Below the pieces are notes generated by a model, which worked only from the letters and a program-made list of their open reading frames with translations, made no database searches and was not told the DNA's origin. From an uncultured Nitrospiraceae bacterium (GTDB lineage: Bacteria > Nitrospirota > Nitrospiria > Nitrospirales > Nitrospiraceae), in the NCBI GenBank assembly GCA_963706325.1, contig CAVPLT010000004.1, positions 416,001 through 480,000 on the forward strand: a stretch of DNA of 64,000 bases. The letters are read 5' to 3'. Positions 1-11,419 of the stretch are shown piece by piece. The translations under genes were made by a program, and so were the position numbers. Position 1 is the stretch's first letter; each line of letters begins with the position of its first letter.

Positions 1-1433
1 GGCGGCTTCTGACGGTCAGGCTGGCGCGTGATGGTCCGGGTCGATGAGCGCGGGGGACGGCCAGCCATCTCGTCGGCAACCGCCCTGATACGATTAAAGA
101 TCAAGACGGCATCGTCTTCTTCCTTGTCGCCGGCTTCGACGATGGCGTTTACGGCCTGCTGTAGTCGGTCCATCCGCTCATCCGGGTGTGTCCATAGATA
201 CTGGAATCCCGCCTGATCCAACGGCCCGAGAAACCGCTGTACGTCGGACTTCGCGAGCAGCGCCGATCCAGGCGGAATCAACAGGCGAATACTCAATTGG
301 ACAGGGTCGGTCGCATCGATCAAGTCGTGCAGGTCCAGCATATCTAACATATGAAGATAATCGTCCAAACTGGTCCAGGGGGTGAAGGCCACCAGTGAGG
401 GGCGCAATGAGAGGTCGGCCTCGCGTAGAAAGCCGAGCGTCGTGGTGATGTCAGCCCCTGTATGCCCCTTGTGGAGTGTCTCCAACACATGGTCACTGAA
501 TGACTCCACTGCGGAGATGACGAACAGGCATCCTTGCGCGGCAAGTTCCGGTATGAGGGATCGGCGCTTTAGCAGGTGCTCGATCTTGGCGGTGACATCG
601 AAGGTCAGGCGGGGAAACTCCGCATGCATGGCGCGAACGATGCTCATGGAGTGCCCAGGACCGTTCAGAAAATCCGGGTCGCCGAAGGTGATGTGTGTGG
701 CGCCCGATCGCACCTGGCGTCGAATGTCTTCCAGGACGACGGGCTCCGGGACGAGGACGAAGCGCCCGTCATAGACCGGCACGATTGGGCAGTGGAGACA
801 ATGGTGGAGGCATCCGCGACTGGCCTCGACATAGCCGACCAACCGTTCCGTGCCGTTGTGCGCGAGTTGCGCATATTGGTCTAACATCGGCAATCCACTG
901 CGACTCGGAATCGGCGGTGGGGTGCTCGAGGTCGTTGCCGTGTAGACACGTTGCAATGAGGGAGCGGTGATCCGCTGTTGTGAACTGACCCCATTGAGAT
1001 GGTTGATCGTCTGTTCACAATCGAGGGCCTCAATCAGCGAGACCAACGGCAGATCGTACTCGCCGCCCACGACAGAATCGGCGAGGTGCTGGAGCAGGTA
1101 TTCCCCATTGATGGAAGCGTACAGCCCATAAAAACAGATATGGCAGGGCGGATTGATCCTGCGGATCAGCTCGGCGACCCGCACCCCAAGCCGGAGCGCC
1201 GTGTGCATGGGCACCGAGATGCCGACAAACCGCGCCAACCGAAAGGCTGACTCGTCGATGCTGTCCACGGCGATATCGAGGCCGACCGGCGCAAATCCGG
1301 CTTGTTCGAGAAATCCGATCGGCTGGGCGATGCCAAGGGGTTGATGACCCAGCTCGTAGCAGGAGACGAGCATGATCGCGCCCGGTTGTCTCAGCAACCG
1401 CCGTTCTGCTGCGCTGTCCGCGATTCGTCCCAT
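1..1433 (-). CDS. B12-binding radical SAM protein, CUAEP/CCAEP-tail-like family (3' end outside window)
   Basis: Not in the ORF track because it runs off the edge. Manual translation: MGRIADS...MLVSCYELGHQPLGIA, CxxxCxxC motif (VEASRGCLHHCLHCPI, ~785-830), HITFGDPDFLNGP, ends ...PDRQKPP at the window edge. Confidence 0.8.
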   Translation of the reverse strand, partial: MGRIADSAAERRLLRQPGAIMLVSCYELGHQPLGIAQPIGFLEQAGFAPVGLDIAVDSIDESAFRLARFVGISVPMHTALRLGVRVAELIRRINPPCHICFYGLYASINGEYLLQHLADSVVGGEYDLPLVSLIEALDCEQTINHLNGVSSQQRITAPSLQRVYTATTSSTPPPIPSRSGLPMLDQYAQLAHNGTERLVGYVEASRGCLHHCLHCPIVPVYDGRFVLVPEPVVLEDIRRQVRSGATHITFGDPDFLNGPGHSMSIVRAMHAEFPRLTFDVTAKIEHLLKRRSLIPELAAQGCLFVISAVESFSDHVLETLHKGHTGADITTTLGFLREADLSLRPSLVAFTPWTSLDDYLHMLDMLDLHDLIDATDPVQLSIRLLIPPGSALLAKSDVQRFLGPLDQAGFQYLWTHPDERMDRLQQAVNAIVEAGDKEEDDAVLIFNRIRAVADEMAGRPPRSSTRTITRQPDRQKP

Positions 1434-1616
1434 CGCACGATTCTCCCACTCAAGCCACGGCCACTCTAACTCACCCCCGAGAGTAGGCGCAATGTTTCGC
1501 AAGCAGGCGCTGGTTGAATCAGGTCGTTCCTTCTTCCATAATGGAGACCCCGATAGAAGCAGACGATTTCTCCCTTCCTCTTCCGACGGCCGTTGCGCAT
1601 CTCCTGTGGAGGACAT

Positions 1617-2303
1617 ATGAAGATTCTCCCTCTCGTCACCATCGTCATGGCGGCCGTTCTCAGTCTGAGCGTTCCCGGTTGCGCAAGTGGACCACGTGAG
1701 AAGAAGATCGAGTTTGTGTATCTCGCGCTTGGTGCCAGTGACGCAACGGGGGTAGGCGCCACGCCGCTGACTGAGGGGTACGTGTTTCTCGTCAAGCGGG
1801 AACTGGATCGGCGGATGCCCGGAGTGTTTTTGATCAATCTGGGTGTGCCGGGGGCGCGCATTGATCTCATCAAGGAACAGGTGCGCGTCGCGAAGCGCCT
1901 TGGCACCAAGGCGAATCTTGTCACGATCTGGACAGGGGCAAACGATCTCGTGCACGGCGATGACCCGAAGACATTTCGGCAGGATCTACGGTTCATTCTT
2001 CAGACGCTTCGGGAAGATGTCTCGCCAAACATCGTGATCGGTAATCTTCCCGATCTCACGCGGCTTCCTCGTTTTCAACGGGTCTCTGATCCACGCGTGA
2101 CTGTGGCCAGGGTCAATGCGTACAACGAAGCCATCGCGCAGGAAGCGCGCGACGTGAAGGCGTCAGTCGTCGACTTGTTCGCGCAACCGGTTCGCGAGGA
2201 ACTCATCTTTGACGTGGATGGTTTTCATCCGAATGACGCCGGCCATCGAGAAATCGCTCGGCTGTTTGTGCAGGCGATTTTCACGAAGCTGGGCGTGAAA
2301 TAG
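1617..2303 (+). CDS. SGNH/GDSL hydrolase family lipoprotein
   Basis: GGAGG RBS; lipobox-like VPGC; blocks LGASDATG, GAND, DGFHPN. Confidence 0.85.
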   Translation: MKILPLVTIVMAAVLSLSVPGCASGPREKKIEFVYLALGASDATGVGATPLTEGYVFLVKRELDRRMPGVFLINLGVPGARIDLIKEQVRVAKRLGTKANLVTIWTGANDLVHGDDPKTFRQDLRFILQTLREDVSPNIVIGNLPDLTRLPRFQRVSDPRVTVARVNAYNEAIAQEARDVKASVVDLFAQPVREELIFDVDGFHPNDAGHREIARLFVQAIFTKLGVK

Positions 2304-2310
2304 AGCGGGC

Positions 2311-2625
2311 ATGGAACACACAGGGTATAAAACGCTGGCAGAAGCTATTGAGGGACTGCGGCAAAATGGTTTTACGGCAAACTTTGAACTACTCGACAAG
2401 AAGTTCCGCGCCGTCGATAGCGGGGAGACATTCACGGCTGATCAACTCACGATCGTTGAGCATCACCGGTTTGAAGGAGCCAGTGATCCGGATGACATGG
2501 CTGTGTTGTATGCCATCGAGGCCTCGGACGGCACTCGCGGAACCATTGCCGATGCGTTCGGTCCTCAAGCGAATCCTGACCTCGGCGCGTTCCTCAAAAA
2601 TGTAACGATGCATGAGAGCCTCTAG
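2311..2625 (+). CDS. conserved small hypothetical protein (RFEGxSDPDD family)
   Basis: 104 aa; HRFEGASDPDDMAVLYAI motif. Confidence 0.7.
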   Translation: MEHTGYKTLAEAIEGLRQNGFTANFELLDKKFRAVDSGETFTADQLTIVEHHRFEGASDPDDMAVLYAIEASDGTRGTIADAFGPQANPDLGAFLKNVTMHESL

Positions 2626-2675
2626 CGCTGCTCACTCGGCCAGCCTTTTCTCCCATAAGTCTCGGTGACTGCGCG

Positions 2676-4571
2676 TCAAATCTCCAGTACCAGACCGATC
2701 TCTACAACCTGCTCTGCCGGCAGATGGAAATAGGAACTGGCTCGCTGGGTATTCCGTGACAGAACCACGAACAGTTTTTCTCTCCAGATCGCCATCCCTG
2801 GTTTCGGTGTCGCCAAGAAGGTGATCCTGCTCAGAAAGAACGTCGTGTCCTCGACGGGGAGGACGTGGCCGTGCGCCGCGAGCTGGGTGAGGACGCGCGG
2901 GATATCCGGTCTTTCCATGAACCCGCATCGGGCCACCACCTGAACCAGATTCTCTTGAATGACGGTAATGTCCAACAGTCCTCCTGACGGAACGAATGGC
3001 ACGTGCTCAGTCCGGACCGTGAGCAGATAGACCTGTTCGTGGAGTGATTTGTTGTGCCTGACGTTTTGCAGCAGGGCCGGGGGTGTGACATCCGGATACT
3101 GAGATAAAAAGACGGCGCGCCCGGCCGTTCGGCACTGAACCTTCGACAACACCTCATCGACGAATTGGCGTAGCGGAGGAAATTGCGCCCGAAGATGATC
3201 TGCCACGATAGCCCGACCTCGCGCCCAGGTGCTCATGACGGTAAAAATGGCCGCGCCAAGGAGCAGCGGGAACCATCCACCATGCGGAATCTTTTGAGCA
3301 TTCGCGAGAAAGAAGGCGAGATCGATGAGTAAGAAACCCCCGACCGCCAGAGCTGCCAGCGGCGCACTCCATTGCCAGTAAGTGTGGGCTACGCGATACA
3401 TGAGCAGCGTGGTGATGATCATGGAGCCCGAAACCGCGATGCCATAGGCTGCGGCGAGATTGCTGGATGAGCCGAATGAAAGAATCAAGCCCACGGTCCC
3501 GACGAACATCAACCAGTTCACGACCCCAAAGTAGATCTGGCCATGTTGCTCGGCGGACGTGTGGGTAATCCGAAGCGGCGGCAGATAACCGAGTTGCACG
3601 GCCTGCAATGTGAGCGAGAAGGCGCCGGACAGCATGGCCTGTGATGCGATCACGGTGGCGATGGTGGCCAGCGCGATCAGGGGATACAGCATCCAAGCCG
3701 GCGCCAGGTGATAAAACGGATTGGCGAGGGCCGCCGGGTCTCGCATCAGAAGTGCGCCCTGCCCGAAATATTGGAGCAGCAGCGCCGGCAACGCGACTGC
3801 AAACCAGCCCAGCTGGATTGGTCGACGGCCGAAATGGCCCATGTCGGCATAGAGCGCCTCGGCTCCCGTGAGCACAAGGAAGACACCGCCCATCACCAGA
3901 AAACCGATTCCCGAATGACGAATTAGGAATCGGATCCCATACAGCGGGTTGGCGGCGAGCAACACGTCGGGGGTCTGAATCAAACTGTAAAGCCCGAGCA
4001 GGGCCATCGCGGCAAACCAAACGACCATGATGGGGCCGAAGATACTTCCAATTTGTCCGGATCCCCGGCGCTGAATCGTGAACAGCAGTGCGACGAAGGC
4101 GACCGTAATGGGGAGGATGTAGGGATTGAAGAGATCCGTGGCCAACGTCAATCCCTCGACGGCGCTGAGCACGGAAATGGCCGGCGTGATAATGCCATCG
4201 CTGTAGAGAAAGGCCACGCCGATTAATCCGAAGGTCGCGACCAAGCTGAGGCCTTTGCGAAGGCTTACCGGGTGGGATCGCTGACTCAGCGCCATGAGCG
4301 CCAGCATGCCGCCTTCACCGTCGTTGTCGGCTTTCATCACAAACAAAAGGTATTTGATCGTGACGACAAGCACCAACGACCAGACAATCAGGGAGAGGAT
4401 GCCCAAGACGTTATCGGGGGTGACCGTCAACCCATGCGACTCGTGGAAACATTCCCGCAGCGCATACAGGGGGCTGGTTCCGATGTCGCCATACACCACT
4501 CCCATGGCGGCGACGGCAAGTGAGATGGGTGGGGAGGACTCATTGGTGTGCTTCGGCATGTGCTTTTTCAC
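2676..4571 (-). CDS. kup: KUP/HAK/KT potassium uptake protein
   Basis: GVVYGDIGTSPLYA, ADNDGEGG, GAEALYADMGHFG, VVEIG C-terminus. Confidence 0.97.
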   Translation of the reverse strand: MKKHMPKHTNESSPPISLAVAAMGVVYGDIGTSPLYALRECFHESHGLTVTPDNVLGILSLIVWSLVLVVTIKYLLFVMKADNDGEGGMLALMALSQRSHPVSLRKGLSLVATFGLIGVAFLYSDGIITPAISVLSAVEGLTLATDLFNPYILPITVAFVALLFTIQRRGSGQIGSIFGPIMVVWFAAMALLGLYSLIQTPDVLLAANPLYGIRFLIRHSGIGFLVMGGVFLVLTGAEALYADMGHFGRRPIQLGWFAVALPALLLQYFGQGALLMRDPAALANPFYHLAPAWMLYPLIALATIATVIASQAMLSGAFSLTLQAVQLGYLPPLRITHTSAEQHGQIYFGVVNWLMFVGTVGLILSFGSSSNLAAAYGIAVSGSMIITTLLMYRVAHTYWQWSAPLAALAVGGFLLIDLAFFLANAQKIPHGGWFPLLLGAAIFTVMSTWARGRAIVADHLRAQFPPLRQFVDEVLSKVQCRTAGRAVFLSQYPDVTPPALLQNVRHNKSLHEQVYLLTVRTEHVPFVPSGGLLDITVIQENLVQVVARCGFMERPDIPRVLTQLAAHGHVLPVEDTTFFLSRITFLATPKPGMAIWREKLFVVLSRNTQRASSYFHLPAEQVVEIGLVLEI

Positions 4572-4641
4572 ACCTACGGAGAGGGCCAGAGTAAGTGTTC
4601 CGGGACGCCTGCCGGGAATACGAGCAAGTCATTCAGGCGAA

Positions 4642-5754
4642 TCACTTGATGAGAAGGTCGCTCGGCTGGTCCTGAAATTCATCCTGATAAATACGAAACG
4701 TTTCTAACAGGACGGCCAGAATAATGGGACCTAGGAATAGACCGAGTAATCCGAACGAGGCCAGTCCACCCAGGGAGGCAAAGAACAGAAACAGCATCGG
4801 AAGCTGCGCCTTATTGCCGATGAGAAACGGTTGTAAGAGATTGTCCAGGAGCCCCACCAGTCCTGCGCCGATACCGATCATGATACAGCCCTTGAGGATC
4901 GAACCCGTCACGAACAGATAGATGGAGACGGGAATCCAAACCAGCGACGTGCCTCCGAACGGCAGCAGCGACAAGACAGCAGACAAGGCGCCCAGAAAAA
5001 TGGAGAAACGAACTCCGAGGAGCCAGTAACTTAGTCCGGCGGTCACACCTTGAGCGAGCGCCGTCAGCAATGTTCCCTGCATCACAGCACTGATGGTGCC
5101 GTCCAATCGTTCGAAAAGTTTTGTTTTATGTTGGGATTCCAGCGGAATGGCGGCATAAAAACTTTTGTAATAACGGTCACCGTCTCGAAAGAGGAAGAAA
5201 AGCGTGAAGACCATGACCAAAAAATCAGTCACAAACAGAAAGGCATTTTTGGCGAGGTCGGCGCCTTGTGCCAGGAGAAATGAGCTGACCACTTTCCCCC
5301 CTTCAATGACGGACGACTCAAGTTGTCCGCTGTTCGCCAAAATGAGGCGACCAAAGATATCTTGGCTGAACCGCCCGACGACCGGCAGTTGTGAGATGGC
5401 CACTCCCATTTCGTGCAATCGTCCGGCTCGAAACCATTGAACGACCGTGTCATAGGCCTGAGCGGCCTCGTTGATGCCCAGAAAAATCAAATAGACGGCC
5501 GGCAGCACCGCCATGGCCATGACCATGACCGTCATGATCGCTGCCGAGAGTTGCGGCCGACGATTGAGCCGGGTGAGAAGTTTTCGGTAGAGCGGATAAA
5601 ATGTTGTGGCCAGAATGAGCGCCCACATGATCGGGTAAAAAAACGGGCTGAGAATGACACCCAGCTGCCAGATGAGCAATAGCAGGATACAGAAAAACGT
5701 AAATGAAAATATTTGTTTGCGCGTCACGAATCCACCCGTGTGAAAGGCCTCCAT
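4642..5754 (-). CDS. AI-2E (PerM/YdiK) family transporter
   Basis: Multi-TM; LFFLFRDG, DNLLQP, GGLASFGLLGLFLGP. Confidence 0.9.
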   Translation of the reverse strand: MEAFHTGGFVTRKQIFSFTFFCILLLLIWQLGVILSPFFYPIMWALILATTFYPLYRKLLTRLNRRPQLSAAIMTVMVMAMAVLPAVYLIFLGINEAAQAYDTVVQWFRAGRLHEMGVAISQLPVVGRFSQDIFGRLILANSGQLESSVIEGGKVVSSFLLAQGADLAKNAFLFVTDFLVMVFTLFFLFRDGDRYYKSFYAAIPLESQHKTKLFERLDGTISAVMQGTLLTALAQGVTAGLSYWLLGVRFSIFLGALSAVLSLLPFGGTSLVWIPVSIYLFVTGSILKGCIMIGIGAGLVGLLDNLLQPFLIGNKAQLPMLFLFFASLGGLASFGLLGLFLGPIILAVLLETFRIYQDEFQDQPSDLLIK

Positions 5755-6031
5755 GGAGCAGCGCGATAAGCGCGTTTCTTTCCTATTCCAGGTGGCACTA
5801 TAGCATTTCCTGGATATGTAGGCGGATTCCGTTTTCCCTAGGTGGACTCTAAGCTGCCGCAGCCCTCTTGGGCCTGGAAGTTACCGCCCTCTTCTGCTAG
5901 ATTCCCGGACGGCCGGTGCGAACTTGCCATCGCATAGGCCAAATCTTTCGCCGTTACCTGATAAGAAAGCCTTTTGAGACCGGTGGATCGCCAACGGTCA
6001 CGCGTCGCTTTCGGAAAGCCTGACACAATAC

Positions 6032-8431
6032 ATGACTGCTTCAGCGACCCAGACCCTCTCAGCCTCCGCGCAGGCGACGATTGTGAACCTTATTGCCAAG
6101 GAACTCGGAGTCATGCCTCCGCAAGTGTCGGCGGCGGTGACATTGTTGGACGGTGGGGCCACGGTACCCTTCATTGCGCGGTATCGCAAAGAAGCCACCA
6201 ACAATCTCGACGATACCCATTTGCGTAACTTGGAAGAACGGCTGCTCTATCTGCGGGAACTGGAAGAGCGGCGCATGGTGATCCTGGCGTCGATTGAGGA
6301 GCAGGGCAAATTGACGGATGAGCTCCGGCGCGCCATCGGGCAAGCAGCCACTAAGCAGAGCGTGGAAGACATCTATTTGCCGTTCAAACCCAAGCGTCGT
6401 ACGAAGGCGCAGATCGCGCGAGAGGCGGGACTCGAACCGTTGGCCGACGCGCTCTTTGCCGATCCGACGCTCGATCCTGAGCAGGAAGCGGCCAAGTATG
6501 TGAGGGTGGCGCCGGCAGCCGAAGGGGTGGAGGCCATCAACGTTCCTGACGCGAAAGCCGCGCTTGAAGGAGCCCGCGATATTTTGGTGGAGCGATTTGC
6601 TGAAACGGCCGAATTGCTGGCCGTCCTGCGCGCGAAGCTGTGGAATGAAGGGATTGTGACTTGCACGGTCATGCCCGGTAAGGAAACGGCGGAAGAAGAG
6701 AAATTTCGCGATTATTATGCCTACTCAGAGACCATCCGTACGATTCCCTCCCATCGCGCCCTGGCGATGTTCCGCGGCCGCACGTTGGGGGTGCTGAAGA
6801 TCGATCTCGGCTTGGGCGAAAGCCTTGAAGCCGTCATGCCGCATCCCTGCGCCGGCATGATTGCGGCTCATTTTGGGATCGAGAACCGCGGCCGCCGCGC
6901 CGACAAATGGCTCACCGACCTTTGCTACTGGACCTGGCGGGTGAAGATGCAGGTGCATCTCAGCACCGAATTGCTGTTGCAGGTGCGTGAAGCGGCGGAA
7001 GCCGAAGCGATCAAAATTTTCGGGCGCAATCTCCATGAGTTGCTGCTGGCCGCACCCGCCGGCCCCAAAGCCGTGCTCGGACTGGATCCCGGTCTGCGTA
7101 CCGGCTGCAAAGTCGCGGTCGTGGATTCCACCGGGAAGCTGCTGGAGACCGCGACGATCTATCCGCATCAACCGCGTAACGACTGGCAAGGCTCGCTGTC
7201 GACGATCACGCAGTTAGTGGTTCGTCATGGGGTTCAACTGATCTCGATCGGCAATGGAACGGCCAGCCGTGAAACCGATAAGTTCGCAGTCGAGGTGATC
7301 AAGCTGGTGGCGGACAAGAAGCCGGAGCAGAAAGTGGCGAAGATCGTGGTGAGCGAAGCCGGCGCCTCCGTCTATTCGGCTTCGGCCTTTGCTGCGGCGG
7401 AGTTTCCAGCCTTGGACGTGAGCCTCCGCGGCGCCGTGTCGATCGCCAGGCGGCTGCAAGATCCGTTGGCCGAGTTGGTCAAGATCGATCCTAAATCGAT
7501 CGGCGTTGGTCAATATCAACACGATGTTAATCAACGTGCCCTGGCGCGATCGCTCGATGCCACCGTCGAAGACTGTGTGAATGCCGTGGGTGTCGACGTG
7601 AATACGGCCTCGTCCCCGCTCCTGGCCCGTGTGTCAGGCTTGAACCGCGTGTTGGCGCAAAACATCGTGGATTATCGCGATGCCCACGGCCCCTTCGTGA
7701 ATCGAGTCACGATTCGCAAGGTGCCGCGCTTGGGGGAAAAAACATTCGAGCAGGCGGCGGGTTTTCTGCGGATCAACGACGGCGACAATCCGTTGGATCG
7801 CTCTGCCGTTCACCCGGAAGCCTATCCGGTCGTGGAGCGGATTCTTACGCGGCTCGATAAAGGAATCGGTGAGGTGATGGGCCGCCCGGCGATGTTGAGA
7901 GGGCTCTCGCCAGCCGAATTCACTACTGAGACATTTGGACTGCCCACCGTGCGCGACATTCTTACGGAGTTGGAGAAACCCGGGCGCGATCCGCGGCCCG
8001 AATTCAAGACGGCGACCTTCCGGGATGGCGTGGAGTCGCTGACCGATTTACAGCCCGGCATGGTGCTCGAAGGCGTGGTTACCAATGTCGCGGCGTTCGG
8101 GGCGTTCGTGGATATCGGGGTACATCAGGACGGCCTGGTGCACGTGTCCGCGTTGGCGCACACCTTCGTCAAGGATCCCCACGAGGTCGTGAAGGCCGGC
8201 CAGATCGTTAAGGTCAAGGTGTTAACGGTCGATGTTCCGCGCCAGAGGATCTCTTTGACGATGCGCATCGACGACGCGCCGGTTGCGGCTTCGCCCTCAG
8301 AGCCTCGCGCCGGAGGTATGCGTGAGGCACGCGAGCGGCGTCCTTCCAATCAGCCGCTGGTGCACGTTCGGGAGCCGCAGCCCACTGGCGCGTTCGCATT
8401 AGCGCTGGCACGTGCAAAGCAGAAAAAGTAA
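6032..8431 (+). CDS. tex: Tex transcription accessory protein (S1 RNA-binding)
   Basis: [35 protein letters not shown]-terminal S1 domain. Confidence 0.97.
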   Translation: MTASATQTLSASAQATIVNLIAKELGVMPPQVSAAVTLLDGGATVPFIARYRKEATNNLDDTHLRNLEERLLYLRELEERRMVILASIEEQGKLTDELRRAIGQAATKQSVEDIYLPFKPKRRTKAQIAREAGLEPLADALFADPTLDPEQEAAKYVRVAPAAEGVEAINVPDAKAALEGARDILVERFAETAELLAVLRAKLWNEGIVTCTVMPGKETAEEEKFRDYYAYSETIRTIPSHRALAMFRGRTLGVLKIDLGLGESLEAVMPHPCAGMIAAHFGIENRGRRADKWLTDLCYWTWRVKMQVHLSTELLLQVREAAEAEAIKIFGRNLHELLLAAPAGPKAVLGLDPGLRTGCKVAVVDSTGKLLETATIYPHQPRNDWQGSLSTITQLVVRHGVQLISIGNGTASRETDKFAVEVIKLVADKKPEQKVAKIVVSEAGASVYSASAFAAAEFPALDVSLRGAVSIARRLQDPLAELVKIDPKSIGVGQYQHDVNQRALARSLDATVEDCVNAVGVDVNTASSPLLARVSGLNRVLAQNIVDYRDAHGPFVNRVTIRKVPRLGEKTFEQAAGFLRINDGDNPLDRSAVHPEAYPVVERILTRLDKGIGEVMGRPAMLRGLSPAEFTTETFGLPTVRDILTELEKPGRDPRPEFKTATFRDGVESLTDLQPGMVLEGVVTNVAAFGAFVDIGVHQDGLVHVSALAHTFVKDPHEVVKAGQIVKVKVLTVDVPRQRISLTMRIDDAPVAASPSEPRAGGMREARERRPSNQPLVHVREPQPTGAFALALARAKQKK

Positions 8432-8505
8432 GCGTCAGGCAGCTGGCAACATTCGTGCGCGACGACGAGCCTGCGGAAAAGGAAGGCGGATGGTGCAGCA
8501 TCCAG

Positions 8506-9108
8506 CTACGGTCTGACCTTGAAGAAATTCCCGCCTTTGAGCCGCTCGTCATCAGTACCCCATGAAATCTGCTTATCCAGCCGCGTGAGGAGCGGCACGT
8601 GTTTGGAGCAGTGGATGTACGCCTCTTCGACGGTGATGAGGATCCAGGCTTCAGCGCGGCGGCCACCCTTCATCTGAGCGGCCTCGGTCATGCCGGGCGG
8701 AGGGTTCGACAGGTTGACCGCCTCACTCGGATCCAGCACGCGGGCGCGCCCATTCACATGTAGTCCTACGGTCGTCTGATAGTAGTCGATAAACATCATG
8801 CCGATGTGCGGGTTTTCCAGGATATTCCCCACGCTGGCTAGCACGCCGTTGCCTCGATATTCCGGATAGGCAAGCGTGGTGTCATCCAGCACCTGCACGA
8901 ACCCAGGCGGGCCGGCTCGAAAGGAACTGTCACAGTTGCCGTGGGCATCGGCCGTCGCGATGAATGCCATTTCCATCCGTGCGATAAACTCCTGCATCGA
9001 GTGGTTCAGACGTGACAGCACCTGATTTGAATAAAACGCTGTCGCGCGACCGGACGTGCCGAATCGTTCCTGTGCCCGCTGTACGCCCAATAATCCAGGC
9101 CACGTCAT
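8506..9108 (-). CDS. pyridoxamine 5'-phosphate oxidase-like FMN-binding protein
   Basis: CDSSFRAGPPGFV, PEYRGNG, EAYIHCSK; RBS GAAGGAG before ATG 9108. Confidence 0.85.
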   Translation of the reverse strand: MTWPGLLGVQRAQERFGTSGRATAFYSNQVLSRLNHSMQEFIARMEMAFIATADAHGNCDSSFRAGPPGFVQVLDDTTLAYPEYRGNGVLASVGNILENPHIGMMFIDYYQTTVGLHVNGRARVLDPSEAVNLSNPPPGMTEAAQMKGGRRAEAWILITVEEAYIHCSKHVPLLTRLDKQISWGTDDERLKGGNFFKVRP

Positions 9109-9291
9109 ATCATTCGCTCCTTCACGATCATGACAGGGTATTACAATGCCGTGGTGATTGTCTCGCACCCGAGGTCACGCTGTCGATGGCTGGACCATGA
9201 GATCGGCGCGAGGCAGTATCCCCTCCAGTCTGCATCCAGCGTGAGCAGAGCCTAGAGAGAGTGGGGGCGGGGCGGTGTTGTAGGGCTGTCC

Positions 9292-9323
9292 GTGTAGGGA
9301 GCCTTCAGCGAGGCTCCCTGCAC
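9292..9323 (-). terminator. stem-loop downstream of the 9335 gene
   Basis: GTAGGGAGCCT...AGGCTCCCTGC inverted repeat just past the stop; no U-tract. Confidence 0.4.
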
Positions 9324-9334
9324 GAAGCAAGCGC

Positions 9335-9940
9335 TTACTTCATCTTCTTGGGATCTTGGTAGATCATAAGGTGAGCGTAGGGACTGCCGTCGAACATGAC
9401 GTAACTGCCTGACGGGTTCGGGGCCGTCGGCAGCTTGGTAGCCGCCGGATCGAACGGCCACATCACCATCCAGTGCGGCGGCTCTTTGACTACTTTCGCA
9501 CCACCCTCCTGCTGCATTACCACTTTGTGATTGTTCTCGAAATGTGACCCGCCACGCGCCATGTACGCAATGCCTGGGATGGTGTTAGACGGCTTTGGCG
9601 CATTGTTCATGATGTCGGTCATCCACTGGTGAGCCGCGCCGTCCATGCAAATGGGGTCCGGATCCGGCAGGTTCATCACTGTGGGGATGCAGGTAAAGCC
9701 GTTCTCGCTTTTCTTCACCTCGGTGAGTTTCCCGTCGGCTCCGAACACCATGACCCCGGCTTCGCCGGCGATGTGTTTCGGCGCCCCGCTGAGGGCCAGC
9801 GTTGTCTGTTCCTTCTCTGACATGGCCTTGACCTCCTTGACGGAGGCGCTTTTCTTCGATGACGCGTCGGCATTGGCTGACAGGCCTAATAGGCTGAACG
9901 GCACAATGATGAGCAGCGAGAGCAGGACGGGGGACATCAT
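9335..9940 (-). CDS. secreted Met/His/Cys-rich hypothetical protein
   Basis: AAGGAGG RBS, signal peptide, FTC...PICMD, PPHWMVM, YAHLMI. Confidence 0.75.
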   Translation of the reverse strand: MMSPVLLSLLIIVPFSLLGLSANADASSKKSASVKEVKAMSEKEQTTLALSGAPKHIAGEAGVMVFGADGKLTEVKKSENGFTCIPTVMNLPDPDPICMDGAAHQWMTDIMNNAPKPSNTIPGIAYMARGGSHFENNHKVVMQQEGGAKVVKEPPHWMVMWPFDPAATKLPTAPNPSGSYVMFDGSPYAHLMIYQDPKKMK

Positions 9941-10060
9941 GATGACCTCCTTGCTGAAGGGTAGATGGGCTGTGTTGAGGTCACTCATGCTAGCGCGTTT
10001 TACATAGGAAAGCTATGCCAGTCGCGGGCGACGAGGAACAAGGTATGGAACAGCGCCGCA

Positions 10061-11419
10061 TTAGTTGGAAGGGAGATAGGCCTTCAATTTGGTCAGCAGC
10101 GTCTTGTAATCGATCTGGAGGGTATGCGCGGCTTTGGTTTTGTTGCCGCCGCTGGCTTTTAGCACGCGTTCGATGTGGAGGCGTTCGATCTCCTCCAGTG
10201 GTAACTGCGTCTGATCGATGAAATGGGGGAATGCGGATGACGGCGGGAGCGCCTGTACGACTTCTTCGCGCGTGATCAGACCGGTGTTGAAGCCCAGGAG
10301 CACGATGCGTTCAATGACGTTGCGGAGTTCGCGAACATTGCCCGGCCAACCGTAGGTCGTCAGTAGTTGTAGGCTCTCTGTCGTGAGGGTCCGTGTCGCA
10401 GTCCCGGGGATCCGAAGGCTGTTCAGAATGTGGTTGCTGAGCGCGGGAAGATCCTCCTGTCGTTCCCGGAGCGGAGGAACCCGCAACGTAACAGTGTTGA
10501 TGCGATAGAGGAGATCGTCACGAAATCGACCTTGCAATACGAGTTCCTGCACATCTCGATTGGTCGCGCAGATGATGCGGACATCGGCGCGCAGGGTGCG
10601 TGTGCTGCCGACGGGGCGGTATTCGTTCCGATCGAGAAAGCGCAGCAGTCCCACCTGCATCGGTCCCGGCATCTCCCCGATCTCATCGAGAAACAGCGAC
10701 CCACCCTCGGCGGCGGCGATTAATCCCGGTTTGGCCGTGGCGGCTCCGGTGAATGCGCCCTTCTCGTATCCGAACAACTCGCTTTCCAATAATTCTCGAC
10801 TCACCGCTCCACAGTTGACGGCAAGGCAAGGACCAGGAGCTCTTCGACTGCGCGCGTGAAGCAGACGCGCGACGACTTCTTTTCCGGAGCCGGTTTCTCC
10901 TTGAATGAGCACCGGAGCTTGGGAAGGCGCCACTTGAGCGATTTGAGCGTCCAGCCTCCGCCATATGTCGCTCACACCCTCCACGATCGTATCCTGCCGA
11001 TAGCCTCCATGACGTGCCGCGAGATTCTCCCGTCGCAGCCCGCGAATCGCGCGGAGTTTTGCGAGCGCGGCCTTCACCGTTGCGCCGTCAAAGGGAGTAT
11101 CTTTGACAAGAAAGTCCCACGCGCCATCTTTGATAGCAGCGACGGCATCTTTCACGTCGCCATGGCCGGTCAATACGATCACATCCACATCAGGCTGATG
11201 GTCCTTCACCCAGCGCAACAGGGCTCGACCGTCGAGGCCGGGCATTCTGAGATCGGTGATCACGCAGTCGAACGAAGCATTGCGGAGTCGATCGAGGCCC
11301 TGTTCTCCGCTCCCCACGCTCTCCACTTCGCAGCCTTCTTCGCGGAGCGCCTGTTCTACGATCAGGCGGACAAATTCTTCATCGTCGATAGTTAGGATGT
11401 GCATGCCGTGGATGGTCAC
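10061..11419 (-). CDS. sigma54-dependent response regulator (REC-AAA+-Fis HTH)
   Basis: DLRMP receiver, GETGSGKE, GAFTGA, WPGNVREL. Confidence 0.95.
   Translation of the reverse strand: MTIHGMHILTIDDEEFVRLIVEQALREEGCEVESVGSGEQGLDRLRNASFDCVITDLRMPGLDGRALLRWVKDHQPDVDVIVLTGHGDVKDAVAAIKDGAWDFLVKDTPFDGATVKAALAKLRAIRGLRRENLAARHGGYRQDTIVEGVSDIWRRLDAQIAQVAPSQAPVLIQGETGSGKEVVARLLHARSRRAPGPCLAVNCGAVSRELLESELFGYEKGAFTGAATAKPGLIAAAEGGSLFLDEIGEMPGPMQVGLLRFLDRNEYRPVGSTRTLRADVRIICATNRDVQELVLQGRFRDDLLYRINTVTLRVPPLRERQEDLPALSNHILNSLRIPGTATRTLTTESLQLLTTYGWPGNVRELRNVIERIVLLGFNTGLITREEVVQALPPSSAFPHFIDQTQLPLEEIERLHIERVLKASGGNKTKAAHTLQIDYKTLLTKLKAYLPSN

Noticed and set aside
28..1449. Short ORF-track calls at the left edge (likewise 63039-63910 at the right edge)
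   Set aside because: Shadows of longer genes that run off the window
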